From assembly GCA_963663405.2 (NCBI GenBank), contig CAXXSM010000079.1:21956-85955 (forward strand): a stretch of 64,000 nucleotides of DNA, given 5' to 3'. Each line of letters begins with the position of its first letter. Within the stretch, counting starts at the first letter, position 1. Source of the stretch: a bacterium (GTDB lineage Bacteria; Hinthialibacterota; Hinthialibacteria; Hinthialibacterales; Hinthialibacteraceae). The position numbers and the translations under genes are program-made. The notes beneath the pieces were generated by a model. The model made no database searches and was not told the DNA's origin. It saw only the letters and a list, made by a program, of their open reading frames with translations. Shown piece by piece: positions 51,899 through 62,270 of this stretch.

Positions 51899-52795
51899 AT
51901 GAAGCGGCCATCCCGTCTGGGCGCCACCTCAGTGGCGGTGATTTCAGTTCTGTTGTTTTCCACTGGTGGCATGTTCATCAAAGGATTGCCACTCGGCGCG
52001 GCGTCAGTGGCGGGGATCCGGTCGGCGTTCGCCGCAATTTTCTTCGCGTTGATTCTGGCTCGAGACAGTTCTCCTAGTGATTGGCTCCGGATGAGCGGGC
52101 TCGGATGGTTCGCGGCGTGTATGTACGCGCTGATGGTGACGAGTTACGTCTTTTCCATGAAACTCACCACCGCCGCAAACGCGATTTTTCTGCAATACAC
52201 CATGCCCGCCTGGGTGTTGATCGGGGGCGCGCTCTGGTTGAAAGAGCGCGCAACGATCATTCGTCTAGTGACGATATCCCTCTGCCTAACTGGAATGACG
52301 CTCTTTTTTATGGGGAAATTGGAGACAAAGGATTGGCTCGGAAGTGTGATCGCGTTGTTCAGTGGAATCACCTTCGCGGCGCTGACGCTGGCGTTGCGAA
52401 AAAACCGCCGGGGCCGCCCTCTGCACGCGGTTTTGATGGGGAACGCGATCACAGCGATCGTCCTTGTTCCCCCATCCATGATATTCGATTCCCAAGCGTC
52501 GTCAACACTTTTCTCGGCGCCGGTTTTCGCGAGTTTTATCTGGCTGGGCGTCTTTCAGATTGGAATCGCTTATCTTTGCTATGTGACCGCGTTGCGATAC
52601 CTTCAGGCGTTTGAAGTCGCCGTGATCGCCTTAATCGAGCCGATCTTAAATCCGTTCTGGGTCTATCTCTGGAATGGAGAAACCCCGTCCGGCTGGGCGT
52701 TCGCCGGCGGAACGATTATCCTATGTTCGATCGCGCTGCAAACGCTCAGCGCTGGGAAAGTACAAACGAAGGCGCAGATGGAACCGGCGACGTAG
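51899..52795 (+). CDS. EamA/DMT family transporter
   Basis: 10 TM helices, ANAIFLQYT, LIEPILNP. Confidence 0.85.
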   Translation: MKRPSRLGATSVAVISVLLFSTGGMFIKGLPLGAASVAGIRSAFAAIFFALILARDSSPSDWLRMSGLGWFAACMYALMVTSYVFSMKLTTAANAIFLQYTMPAWVLIGGALWLKERATIIRLVTISLCLTGMTLFFMGKLETKDWLGSVIALFSGITFAALTLALRKNRRGRPLHAVLMGNAITAIVLVPPSMIFDSQASSTLFSAPVFASFIWLGVFQIGIAYLCYVTALRYLQAFEVAVIALIEPILNPFWVYLWNGETPSGWAFAGGTIILCSIALQTLSAGKVQTKAQMEPAT

Positions 52796-52796
52796 A

Positions 52797-53633
52797 ATGA
52801 ATGTGTGGAATGAACTATGGCCTTACCGCCGCTTGATTCAGCAACTCGCGGCGCGGGATTTAAAAGCCCGATACAAAGTGTCGGTCCTGGGATTTTTTTG
52901 GAGCCTCCTCCGGCCCTTGCTCACAATCGCCGTCTTGGCGGTGGTATTTTCGCTCTTGCTTGGTTTAAAGAGCGCCAGTTATAACGTCTCTTTTCCCTTA
53001 TTGATCGTCGCTTCTTATATCCCCTGGTTTTTTTTCTCGACAGCGATTTTGGAAGGGACCCAATCGCTATTAGGCAACGCGCATCTGATCAAAAAAGTGT
53101 ACTGCCCCCGCGCTGTGTTCCCTACATCCGTGGTGATGGCGAATCTAGTCAATTTTCTCTTCTCTTTTTTAGTCTTACTGCCAGCGATTTATATTCTTAC
53201 ACACGCCACACCGAGTTTCGCTCTCCTGCAGCTGCCTTTCGTGATCCTCACAAACACGGCCTTTCTGCTGGGGCTCTGTTACATCACTTCAGCGTTGAAT
53301 GTGCTTTATCGGGACATGACTCAAATCACAGAATTTGTTGTCTTCGTCTGGTTTTATCTTTCTCCGGTTCTCTATGATGTCAATGAAGCGTTCACCCAGA
53401 TTCCCGAAAAGGCGCCCTGGCTTTATTGGCCCTATTTTCTCAATCCCATGGTTGGATTGATGGAGTGGTACCGATACACTTTTTTCGCATCGGAATTCAA
53501 TGGGAATCCGCAATACGTATCCACGATTTTTTATCAAGCGATTCCCTACACGATCGCGCTCTCTCTCCTCGTTCTCCTCGCGGGTTATCATATATTGAAA
53601 AAATTGGAAACGCGCGCCGTGGATGAATTGTAA
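52797..53633 (+). CDS. Polysaccharide ABC exporter permease (Wzm-like)
   Basis: RDLKARYKVSVLGFFWS, LIKKVYCP, YRD, SPVLY, LNPM. Confidence 0.9.
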   Translation: MNVWNELWPYRRLIQQLAARDLKARYKVSVLGFFWSLLRPLLTIAVLAVVFSLLLGLKSASYNVSFPLLIVASYIPWFFFSTAILEGTQSLLGNAHLIKKVYCPRAVFPTSVVMANLVNFLFSFLVLLPAIYILTHATPSFALLQLPFVILTNTAFLLGLCYITSALNVLYRDMTQITEFVVFVWFYLSPVLYDVNEAFTQIPEKAPWLYWPYFLNPMVGLMEWYRYTFFASEFNGNPQYVSTIFYQAIPYTIALSLLVLLAGYHILKKLETRAVDEL

Positions 53634-53658
53634 CCGGCGGCGGGGAGAATAGCGGCGT

Positions 53659-54429
53659 ATGCGGCCCGAAGCCTACCGCCTTAATTACGAATGGGAGGAG
53701 ACGCATTGGTGGTTCCTCGCCCGGCGGGACATCCTTCTCTCCATGATTCATCATTTGATTGAACGGCGGCGCCTTCCATCTCCACCTTTGGACATACTGG
53801 ACTATGGATGCGGCACAGGGGCTTTGACACGGGCATTGGAATTGTTTGGAACCGTGGACGGTGTGGATGAATCCGAAGAGGCGGTTTCGTACTGCCAACA
53901 GCGGGGGATGAAAAACGTCCGGTTTCTCCCCTCTCCCTGCAATTTGCCGTCCGGCGCCTATGATTTGATCGGTTCCTTTGATGTTTTGGAACACGCGGAA
54001 GACGACAGCGCGGTTTTGCGGGAATTAAATCGTTCTCTCCGCCCAGCTGGAACGCTCCTTCTCACGGTTCCCGCTCTGCGCGTCTTGTGGAGCGGGGAAG
54101 ATGTTGTCTCTAACCATCAACGGCGGTATTCAAGAAATGAAATTATCCAGCAAGTGGAATCCGCAGGTTTTAATAGTATCAAATGCTCTTATTTCAATAC
54201 ATTTCTCTTCGCCCCTATACTCGCGGCGCGGCTTTTCAATCGCTGGTTCCGACCCGCTACGTTACAGCGTTCTGACGTGGCGCCCGTCCACGAACCGGTC
54301 AATACTCTTCTCCGTCACATTTTCTCTTCTGAACGTCATCTATTAAAGTATATGAATTTACCGATCGGTGTTTCTCTATTGCTCGCCGCGGAAAAATCCA
54401 ATCCACAAGCAAGCGCTTCAACATTATAA
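53659..54429 (+). CDS. Class I SAM-dependent methyltransferase
   Basis: EETHWWF..RR, LDYGCGTG, DVLEH, TVPA, HQRRY. Confidence 0.9.
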   Translation: MRPEAYRLNYEWEETHWWFLARRDILLSMIHHLIERRRLPSPPLDILDYGCGTGALTRALELFGTVDGVDESEEAVSYCQQRGMKNVRFLPSPCNLPSGAYDLIGSFDVLEHAEDDSAVLRELNRSLRPAGTLLLTVPALRVLWSGEDVVSNHQRRYSRNEIIQQVESAGFNSIKCSYFNTFLFAPILAARLFNRWFRPATLQRSDVAPVHEPVNTLLRHIFSSERHLLKYMNLPIGVSLLLAAEKSNPQASASTL

Positions 54430-54445
54430 ACACTTCTCGACAAAT

Positions 54446-55171
54446 TCACTGCGGTCCTCCCCCATCGCGCAATGCGCCCAATGAATAGAGATCGTATCGA
54501 AGACGATCTCGTTCGATCCATTGTCTGAGAATTTCCACAACGCCATGATTGATATACGCATCCAAAATTGTCTGAACGCCTTCTTCAACCGAATCCATTG
54601 GTAAAACGGACGCGGTTGTATACAAAAACGCGCGCAGATCGTCGGTGTGACGCAGATTGGATGGAATTTCAGGTTCGTGAATCGTATCGAAATCGATCCA
54701 ATAGGCGTTCGTTCGATTGGAGTCAATAATGACATTCTCAACCGTCGCGTCTCCGTGGCTGAGTGTGTAGTATTGTCCTGAGTGATCGGTAATCGATGTT
54801 TGATGAAACTTCGCGAGCGCGGTTGACGCCAGCGCGATGGATTTTATTTTTTCTTCACGCGCTGTGTCACAATTCTGTAAAATAGCGCGTAAATTTTGGG
54901 AGGAAATATAAGGAATCCCGAAACGATGAGCGGATATCTTGATCGTGGATTGGTGATAGAGTTCCGAATACATAAACGTTTCCCATTGAAACCATTCTTC
55001 ACCATACAGCATCCTCGCAGGAACGATACGGCGCCGCAACAGCCAGTTGGCCATAGGCAGAATCAATCCCGCGATTGATGGACGCCATTTAAGCAGGTAG
55101 ACTTTATCGTCTCTTACGATTTTCTCGATTTTTGAAAAGGGAAACGCGCCTAAGGCTTTACCGATCATCAT
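54446..55171 (-). CDS. Protein-kinase-like / phosphotransferase fold protein
   Basis: LLK, HGDATVENV, IDFD and DL motifs. Confidence 0.6.
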   Translation of the reverse strand: MMIGKALGAFPFSKIEKIVRDDKVYLLKWRPSIAGLILPMANWLLRRRIVPARMLYGEEWFQWETFMYSELYHQSTIKISAHRFGIPYISSQNLRAILQNCDTAREEKIKSIALASTALAKFHQTSITDHSGQYYTLSHGDATVENVIIDSNRTNAYWIDFDTIHEPEIPSNLRHTDDLRAFLYTTASVLPMDSVEEGVQTILDAYINHGVVEILRQWIERDRLRYDLYSLGALRDGGGPQ

Positions 55172-55177
55172 TCACCT

Positions 55178-55576
55178 TTAAGGATTCCTGACTGGAATCG
55201 AGATCGAAGACGCGATGGAAAGGCAGACACCAACCGCGATCAGCAAAATCCCCACGCTTTTTAACCACGATACGGATTCATTAAACAACCAGACGCTCAG
55301 CAAGGGAATCAAGATGTATGTCAAGCTGGAAACGCAGTACGCGAAAGAGAGTGGCGTACGCGAAACGATCCAGATCCATAACGCCGCCGCGCCACACCAG
55401 AGAAAGAGTCCCAACACGATCCGCCACTCGGTCATAGCCGATTGGAAAAACATAATGATTGATACTCCATCCGCGCTGGAAGAAGAGACGCTTTTCGCGC
55501 CAATTCGAAGAAGCAGATGGCCGCAAGTGGACATACAAACATAGATCAATATCCAGAAAACGCATTGATTCATCAT
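55178..55576 (-). CDS. Small EamA / ArnE-F-like flippase subunit
   Basis: 4 TM helices, PLSFAY, LFNE..S..K..GI.LI..GV. Confidence 0.75.
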   Translation of the reverse strand: MMNQCVFWILIYVCMSTCGHLLLRIGAKSVSSSSADGVSIIMFFQSAMTEWRIVLGLFLWCGAAALWIWIVSRTPLSFAYCVSSLTYILIPLLSVWLFNESVSWLKSVGILLIAVGVCLSIASSISIPVRNP

Positions 55577-55580
55577 CGAT

Positions 55581-56321
55581 TCACCGTATCGTATCGGTAT
55601 AGCCGTTCCGCCCACTTTTATGAAGAATGGCCCATACATATTTCAGAAATGTCCGTGTGTATCCCCACGTTTGATATTCCATCCGACGGCTGGATGTGAT
55701 AGCCGCAATCGAACGATCGTAGATGAACCGTTTGGGAGACTCTTTATAACATCCCGCCAGAATCGGCCACTCTTCTCCGATCTGCACACTTCCATCGAAT
55801 GGACCGAACTGTTCGAACGCTTCTTTTGTACAAAACATGAAGGCGGGCATCGCTTTCGCGTAGGCGAGAGGAAGACGGCGAACGTGTTCCCAAAACGTCC
55901 ACCATAGGCGATCCCACACGTTTCCATGATCCCCCACTAGTTTAAAAATTCCCGCGCGATATTGGTCTCTATACACCAAGTCATAAATCCGCTTCAAGGC
56001 GTTTTGGGGGATTCTCGTATCGGCGTCGATCGTAACGAGTATATCCCCACGAGCCATCCGGAATCCTACATTCCTCGCATGAGCGGAGCCGATGGAATGA
56101 CAGCGCAACAGGCGGACGGAATGATTGGAAGAATAGCGCTGCGCGATTTCAGCGGTGCGATCGTGGCTGTCATTATCCACAACAATGAATTCGATAGGAA
56201 ACGAAACCGATTCTTGAAGGGATTCTTTCAAGTATGCTTGCGATGCCAGTACAGCCTCAATGGTTCCCGCAATCAACCGCTCTTCATTACGGGCGGGGAT
56301 AACGATTGACATACCGTTCAT
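55581..56321 (-). CDS. GT2 family glycosyltransferase
   Basis: IVIPARNEE, VDNDSHD, ARNVG, IDADT, TSSRR. Confidence 0.85.
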   Translation of the reverse strand: MNGMSIVIPARNEERLIAGTIEAVLASQAYLKESLQESVSFPIEFIVVDNDSHDRTAEIAQRYSSNHSVRLLRCHSIGSAHARNVGFRMARGDILVTIDADTRIPQNALKRIYDLVYRDQYRAGIFKLVGDHGNVWDRLWWTFWEHVRRLPLAYAKAMPAFMFCTKEAFEQFGPFDGSVQIGEEWPILAGCYKESPKRFIYDRSIAAITSSRRMEYQTWGYTRTFLKYVWAILHKSGRNGYTDTIR

Positions 56322-56929
56322 GGTGTTTTTTCCAATATGAATAAATGTTTGGCCAAGTGGATCACCGGAAGGAACGAGGGGATCTCTTTTTGAACCGTCC
56401 AACCGGATTGTTGAAAGATTTCACGAATACGGGATAGATTCATATACCCGCTGGGAATCATTGGATTGGGGAAGTCCGGCACATAACCAAGACGTTTAGA
56501 AAACCAATAAGCGCCTTTCCCAAAGAGGGCTTCCCGGCATTGCAACAACCGGGACGCCGCATGACTGTGATAGATCGATTGATAAACAATCAACCGCCGC
56601 TTTGCGATCCGGCGTAGATCCGAAAGAAATCGCGCTGGATCCGCGCTGTAGTGTAATACATAAATGAGAAGGATCGAATCGAAACAGTCTTGTTGAAACG
56701 GAAGCGTTTCACCATCAAACAGAACTGGTTCCGGCCCCACTCGTTTCATATCCGTCACATCACATTCGGTAATACGCCAAGGACCGTTGCGCCGTAAAAA
56801 GTCCGCGTTGTGTCCAGTTCCACAGCCTACATCCAAGACGGTCTCCTGCTCCTCAAGAAAGGGAAGCAGCGATCGGCCGATTTGTTCCGCGCGGCGCCGC
56901 ATGATGTTATCCATCCATTGATGTATCAT
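56318..56929 (-). CDS. Class I SAM-dependent methyltransferase
   Basis: VLDVGCGTG, FDGETLPF, VLHY. Confidence 0.85.
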   Translation of the reverse strand: MIHQWMDNIMRRRAEQIGRSLLPFLEEQETVLDVGCGTGHNADFLRRNGPWRITECDVTDMKRVGPEPVLFDGETLPFQQDCFDSILLIYVLHYSADPARFLSDLRRIAKRRLIVYQSIYHSHAASRLLQCREALFGKGAYWFSKRLGYVPDFPNPMIPSGYMNLSRIREIFQQSGWTVQKEIPSFLPVIHLAKHLFILEKTP

Positions 56930-57641
56930 GATTCATTCCATTCCTGCTAAATTTCTCCAATTCATCCAAAAAAACAGGCGAAAATCCTTGGTTGAGAAAA
57001 TCAGTAAGTCTTCGAATCCCATAATTCAAGAATCCCCGGTTCACATCCTGCGGATGAAAAACAATACATGGAATTCCAGGACATAAGAATCGATGAACAT
57101 TTCCATACCACCCAGCCAGATATCCCAATCCCGCGAATCGCCCACAATCCCAAAAACCATGTGTTGATCCATTCAGCTTGATTCGAACGAGTATGTATAA
57201 GCCGTGTAAGACCAAGAACTATATCAATCCCTATCGAAGATAAATGGCTGGATTGAAGCGGCCCCATCTGCCAGCAGGGAGGGATAAACGTTCGAATAGA
57301 CCTTTGGGTAATCTCTTCCAAGATATCTTTACCACGCTGCAAGCGGGAAACAGCACTGTCTACAGCGCGTCCACTCATTTCATTCGCGCCGCCGGTGAGA
57401 TACGAAAGAAGATCCAATCGACGACCGCTCCGGTGATCGAAACCATGCAGAGCAAAGGAAAACGCTTTCTCATCAAAGATTGTACCTGAAAAAAGAACTC
57501 GTTTTTTTCTCAAAAGCGCCAGGAACAACAGCCAAAATCGCTTTTGTACCGATATAAGGTTGAACGCGATCGAGAATTACGCCAATCTCTCGTTCAATAA
57601 CAGGGCATAATATCATGGATGGTTACAAAGACTGTCTTCAT
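56907..57641 (-). CDS. DUF2334-like polysaccharide deacetylase (multiple frameshifts)
   Basis: MKTVFVTIHDIMP.., ALHGFDH, E, FIPPCW and VFHPQD are distributed over several frames. Confidence 0.6.
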
Positions 57642-57871
57642 TGTTGTTCGATCGTGAAAATATCTGGTTTACAAAGACTTTCTAATTTGGCCAACAGATG
57701 AAAGCATACCCTATGCTGGCGTATAGATACTTGAACGAATTCAAGTATACAGAGGTAACTTTGTAATATAAAGTCCACAGAAAAATAAAGTTGAATCGGT
57801 ATAAGGTAACTCATCCCTATTCGCCGCCCGGATCAAGAAGATGTAAATCGAAGCGCGCCCAAGCGCCGTGA

Positions 57872-58170
57872 TTACACTCTCTTTTCCCACTGACGTGGGA
57901 TTCCGGCTGCCATGCATTACAGCCAACACAACAATGGATTGCTCAATCGTTTGGTAATAAACGCCAAAAGGGAATTTGTGAATTAACGCTCGCCGTACTT
58001 CCTTATGAACAAAAGGGTATAAAAAAGGGGTTTCATCGATGGTTTTCAGAGTGTGGAGGATTTCATCCAAAAATCGCTCACCAAGGCCTTTGCGTTGACT
58101 TTCATACCAGACAGCGGCGTCTTCGATATCCTTTTCCGCCTCCGTCCGTATTTATTTTATTTCTATTACA
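57872..58170 (-). CDS. RelE/ParE family toxin (frameshifted ends)
   Basis: EAEKDIEDAAVWYESQRKGLGERFLDEI...RRALIHKFPFGVYY...LAVMHGSRNP. Confidence 0.75.
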
Positions 58171-58375
58171 ATCGTTTTCTAATTTCGTCTATGACAACTT
58201 CAGCCGGTCGGCCTTGGGCTCCATCCAATTTAAGAGATTCCAACCGCCGATCCAATTCTTTTCTTTGTTCGCCAGTTAATACCAACGCCTGCTGATCCTC
58301 CGCAATACTATCCCAAAGGTCTTCCACAATCTGAAGGCGTTGCTCGATCGTAAGGTCTCTCAGCGATTGATTCAT
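58166..58375 (-). CDS. Addiction-module antitoxin (TIGR02574-like)
   Basis: LTIEQRLQIVEDLWDSI...QRKELDRRL; directly upstream of the ParE-like toxin. Confidence 0.85.
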   Translation of the reverse strand: MNQSLRDLTIEQRLQIVEDLWDSIAEDQQALVLTGEQRKELDRRLESLKLDGAQGRPAEVVIDEIRKRL

Positions 58376-58403
58376 AATCCATGCCTCGTTTTTCTAATAA
58401 TAA

Positions 58404-58499
58404 CCTCTTTTTATATGAAAATGAGTTTCTAAGGCTTACTCGTTCGAGATTACTCCCGCAACTCATTTTCATTTGCAGTTCTGATCTCAATCATACTGG
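58404..58499 (-). repeat. Dispersed structured element A, full copy upstream of the toxin-antitoxin module
   Basis: Reverse complement reads CCAGTATGATTGAGATCAGAACTGCAAATGAAAATGAGTTGCGGGAGTAATCTCGAACGAGTAAGCCTTAGAAACTCATTTTCATATAAAAAGAGG. Confidence 0.9.
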
Positions 58500-58573
58500 T
58501 TAATTTGAAAAACCGTATTTACCAATAACAAGAGCCTAAAATCTTACCGAACCAGAAATCTATAATCACCAAT

Positions 58574-59164
58574 TCACAACTCAAACCGCGAATTCAGCGC
58601 TAAAGCCAATGTCGTTTCATCCGCGTATTCAAGGTCGCTTCCGGAGGGGAGACCGCGGGCGATGCGGGTGACTTTCACGCCTAAAGGTTTGATCGCGGTT
58701 TGGAGGTAGGCGGCGGTCGCGTCGCCTTCCATGGTGGGATTAGTAGCGAGGATCACTTCTTGGATGGAGGGGGTGAGGCGTTGGAGAAGTTTGGGCGCGC
58801 CGATTTCATCCGGTCCGATGCCGTCGATGGGAGAAAGAGCGGCGCCGAGAATATGATAGAGTCCCTTGAATTGGCCGGTGCGTTCGATCGCCTGCACGTC
58901 CTGCGGTTGTTCGACCACACAGAGGACACTCGTATCCCGCCCCGGCCCCGCGCAAATCGGACAAGGGTCCGACTGAGCGTAGCCGCCGCAGGTTGAACAT
59001 TTCCGCACATCCTTAACCAGCGATTGGAGAGCGCCGATCAATTCTTCGATCTCGCTTCTGCCACGCTTCAGCATGGCGTAGGTCAGCCGCTGCGCCATGC
59101 GCGGACCGATCCCCGGCATCTTCGCCAATTGCTTGGCGGCTGTTTCCACGGCGGGAATCACCAT
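58574..59164 (-). CDS. recR: Recombination mediator RecR
   Basis: PGIGPRMAQRL, CSTC..CPIC, VVE, SPIDGIGP, EVILATNPTMEG, DLEYAD. Confidence 0.95.
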   Translation of the reverse strand: MVIPAVETAAKQLAKMPGIGPRMAQRLTYAMLKRGRSEIEELIGALQSLVKDVRKCSTCGGYAQSDPCPICAGPGRDTSVLCVVEQPQDVQAIERTGQFKGLYHILGAALSPIDGIGPDEIGAPKLLQRLTPSIQEVILATNPTMEGDATAAYLQTAIKPLGVKVTRIARGLPSGSDLEYADETTLALALNSRFEL

Positions 59165-59196
59165 GCTCTGTGATTTCACCGCGCCAAACCGGTCGT

Positions 59197-59530
59197 TCAT
59201 AACGATAATCCAGGAATCGAAATCCCACCGGTAATTTCGCTCATGCGTTCCTTTCACCATCTCCTGCGTTCGTTCCTGCGCTTCGTTACGGCGACGAGAA
59301 CTAAATCTTCCAGCATGGAGACGTTTTCCGGATCAACGATATCCGGCTCTATTTTAATAGGAAGTAACGATCTGTTTTCCATTCATGGTTACCGTCACCA
59401 TGCCTCCACCGGCGGTGGCGGTCACCTCTTGCTGCGCGAGTTCTTCCCGCATATCGGCCAGTTTCTGCTGCATCTCTTTCGCCTGCTTGACCATTCCTGC
59501 GAGATTCGCCAAATTTCCGAGACCTTTCAT
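59197..59530 (-). CDS. ybaB: Nucleoid-associated protein YbaB/EbfC (frameshifted)
   Basis: [39 protein letters not shown]; directly upstream of recR. Confidence 0.8.
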
Positions 59531-59572
59531 AAGGACACTCCTTTTTTGCTGTTCCATCACAACCGCCGTCAA

Positions 59573-61658
59573 TCAATACGCGCCTTTTCCAAAGAGGACA
59601 ACGGGAATTGTTTTCAATAATATAAGTATATCAAATAAAGCGATTGGTTTTGGATGTAATAGAAATCGTATTCCAGATTGGAATGAAGCGGCAGGTCTTT
59701 GCGGCCGCTGATCTGCCATAAGCCCGTAATGCCTGGAATCACGGAGAGACGGCGTCGCTGCCAGGGTTCGTATGAATCGACAATAAATGACATCTCCGGG
59801 CGAGGGCCGACCATGCTCATTTCTCCTTTAAGCACATTGTAGAGCTGTGGCAGTTCATCCAGGCTGGTGCGCCGCAGCAGTGACCGATCGGTAGGATGCG
59901 TGGATCCCCTTTCTTAATGGGCGCTTCTTCATATTCGTTCACTTCCCTGTACATGGTCCGGAATTTATACATCGTGAACGGCTCTCCGTTGATTCCCGAT
60001 GCGTTGATGCCGGAAAATCGCGGGACCAGGAGAATTCAACCGGATTGCGAGACAGATTATAGGAAAGAACGGCAAGCTGACAGCCAACATCGCGCTGGCG
60101 ATCAGAACATCCATGATCCGCTTGCTTGTGCGTTCAAAGGGGGACAATCCTCCCTGCCGCAGCACTTTAAAAGGAATATCATCTACATCATCGAAATAAC
60201 GCGTCATCAGCGACGACGCCCATCATATCCGTCAGGATGTTGTATTGACGGATTGTGCTCTTCTCTCCACAGGAGACGACTAAGTTGAGCATCTCGCGCC
60301 GTTCCATCTTCGAATCGACGAAAAACACTTCATCCGCCGCCAGCGTATTCGCCCAATCCGGAAGCTGCTCGACTGGACCGAGAACAGGACGCCCGAAGAC
60401 TGTCTCACCTGTTTGATGCGTATCATCAAGCAGACCGAGGATATCGTATTTGCCTTCCGGATGCCGGTGCAGCCGCTCGACGATCTTTCTCGCATGATCC
60501 CCGGCGCCGACGACCAACGCGCGAACCCGTCCGATTCCCTCCTGAAACATCGCTTTTTCCATCCATGACCAGATCAAGCGGGAAGCGGTCAATAAGATAA
60601 CGCCAGTACAGACCGCAACACAAGCACCGCCCGTCCTAGATCAATCCTTTCATCAGAAACGCGACCGCCATCGAAGTAATCATGAACAGAAACGCCATTT
60701 TCACAATCGCGTTCAATCGTCCAAGGCAGTCCGCAAGTATTGACGGCGGTAGAGTCCAGGGACGCGCAAATGATGATCCATATAACAATAATGAAAGGAA
60801 GCGCGATGACGTAATTTTCGAGCGGATTTAGATCTTTCCGGATAAACTCAGGCAAAAAGGAGAGTTTGGGAAAAAACTTCCGATCGTAAAAAGTAGGATA
60901 GAAACCATGCGGCGCACGCCAATAAGGCGTCTGTAAAGACAAGAAAACCACCCGGAACGTAAAAACGATGTTTCCTAAAAGATACCGCTTCCATAAACGG
61001 CGGGGTTCTAAGCAGAGCCGCCACAACCATTCCAAACCGGATTGACGCATCCATAGCGGCGCACGCTCGATTCCTTTCGCGGAATAATCAAGCAAGCCGC
61101 CAACCCCCCAAACGACCGGAACGCCGAGTTCGTCCAGATGCCGCCGGATCCATAGTTCCTGTTTCGGCGCCCCCATGCCGACGATTAATATATCCGGTTT
61201 CGCCGCACGGATTTTTTCGAGAACCGCTGGATTCTCCTCCTCTTGGAAAAAACCAGGTGACAACCGGTGATCTGCAATTGAGGGAACCGGGAGCGGAAAT
61301 CTTCGGCGGCTTTTTCCGCGATACCGCCTTCCCCGCCTAAAAGAAATATCCGGTGTCCCTGCTTCTCCGCCCTCCGCTGAATTCCGGCAATAGATCGTTG
61401 GCGTTCAATCGTTCCGGCAGGGGATGGCCAAACAGGCGCGAAGCCCCAAACCACCCCCCATTCCATCCGCATAGACGAGATGAGAGCCGGTGATCGCTTC
61501 CCCGGTAGTCGGGATCCGACCAGCATTTATTTAAACAATCCGCGTTGAGATAAGAGATTTGGTGGACCGCGCCGATTGAACGAATTCATCAATACGATTC
61601 AAAAATTCTTCGCTCGTTAGGGAATCGATATCAAGCCAAACAACCGGCTTCGTACCAT
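59573..61658 (-). CDS. WecB/TagA/CpsF (WecG-like) glycosyltransferase fused to a WcaJ-like undecaprenyl-phosphate sugar phosphotransferase; heavily frameshifted
   Basis: Fragments [38 protein letters not shown]; TM block; LVVGAG; KRIMDV; [35 protein letters not shown]. Confidence 0.75.
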
Positions 61659-61785
61659 TCTTGTGTCAATCCTAATCGTATAGAATGACGCGCTTTCCAT
61701 TCCGCGGCTTGTTGAAAACAAGCTATTCATTATACAACAGGCTCCCATTCCAGCGAGGGCCATTCTCAGTGTAGTGATAAAATCC

Positions 61786-61813
61786 TTGACTCCTAAGTCC
61801 TTAAGAGTATGAT
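61786..61813 (+). promoter_or_regulatory. Sigma70-type promoter upstream of tatA
   Basis: TTGACT-N16-TATGAT. Confidence 0.45.
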
Positions 61814-61866
61814 GAGAATGGATTGTAGTACGTCAATTTTAGAGGCGGTATAGAAGGAGTCAGAAT

Positions 61867-62079
61867 ATGAACCCATGTCTCGCGTTTTATCAGATGGGTA
61901 TGTGGGAGATGATGATTCTCCTCGTTGTCGTATTATTATTGTTCGAGCGAAGCGCATTCCCGAAGTCGCAAAATCCCTTGGATCGGGCATTCGCGAATTT
62001 TAAAAATCCGTGATCGATAATTCAGATGATGATGAAACGCCGAAAACCGAAGATTGACGAAGACAAGGATTCCGTTTAA
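61867..62079 (+). CDS. tatA: Twin-arginine translocase TatA (frameshifted)
   Basis: AAGGAG RBS; MGMWEMMILLVVVLLLF..KRIPEVAKSLGSGIREF across frames. Confidence 0.75.
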
Positions 62080-62270
62080 TCGTCACCTTCTCTTTTCCAT
62101 GCCTCAGGCGTGACCGGTGATTTTCCAGCGAGTGTGAATGACACGGCGATAGGAAAAGTTTCCGCACTATAAAACGTTTTCTTCTAAAGCGTTACACATC
62201 ACAATGCATGCGGATTCAAAGCTGTGTGAGATTAGCTGCGTGATCGGCGATTGGGAAGAATCACTCAATC

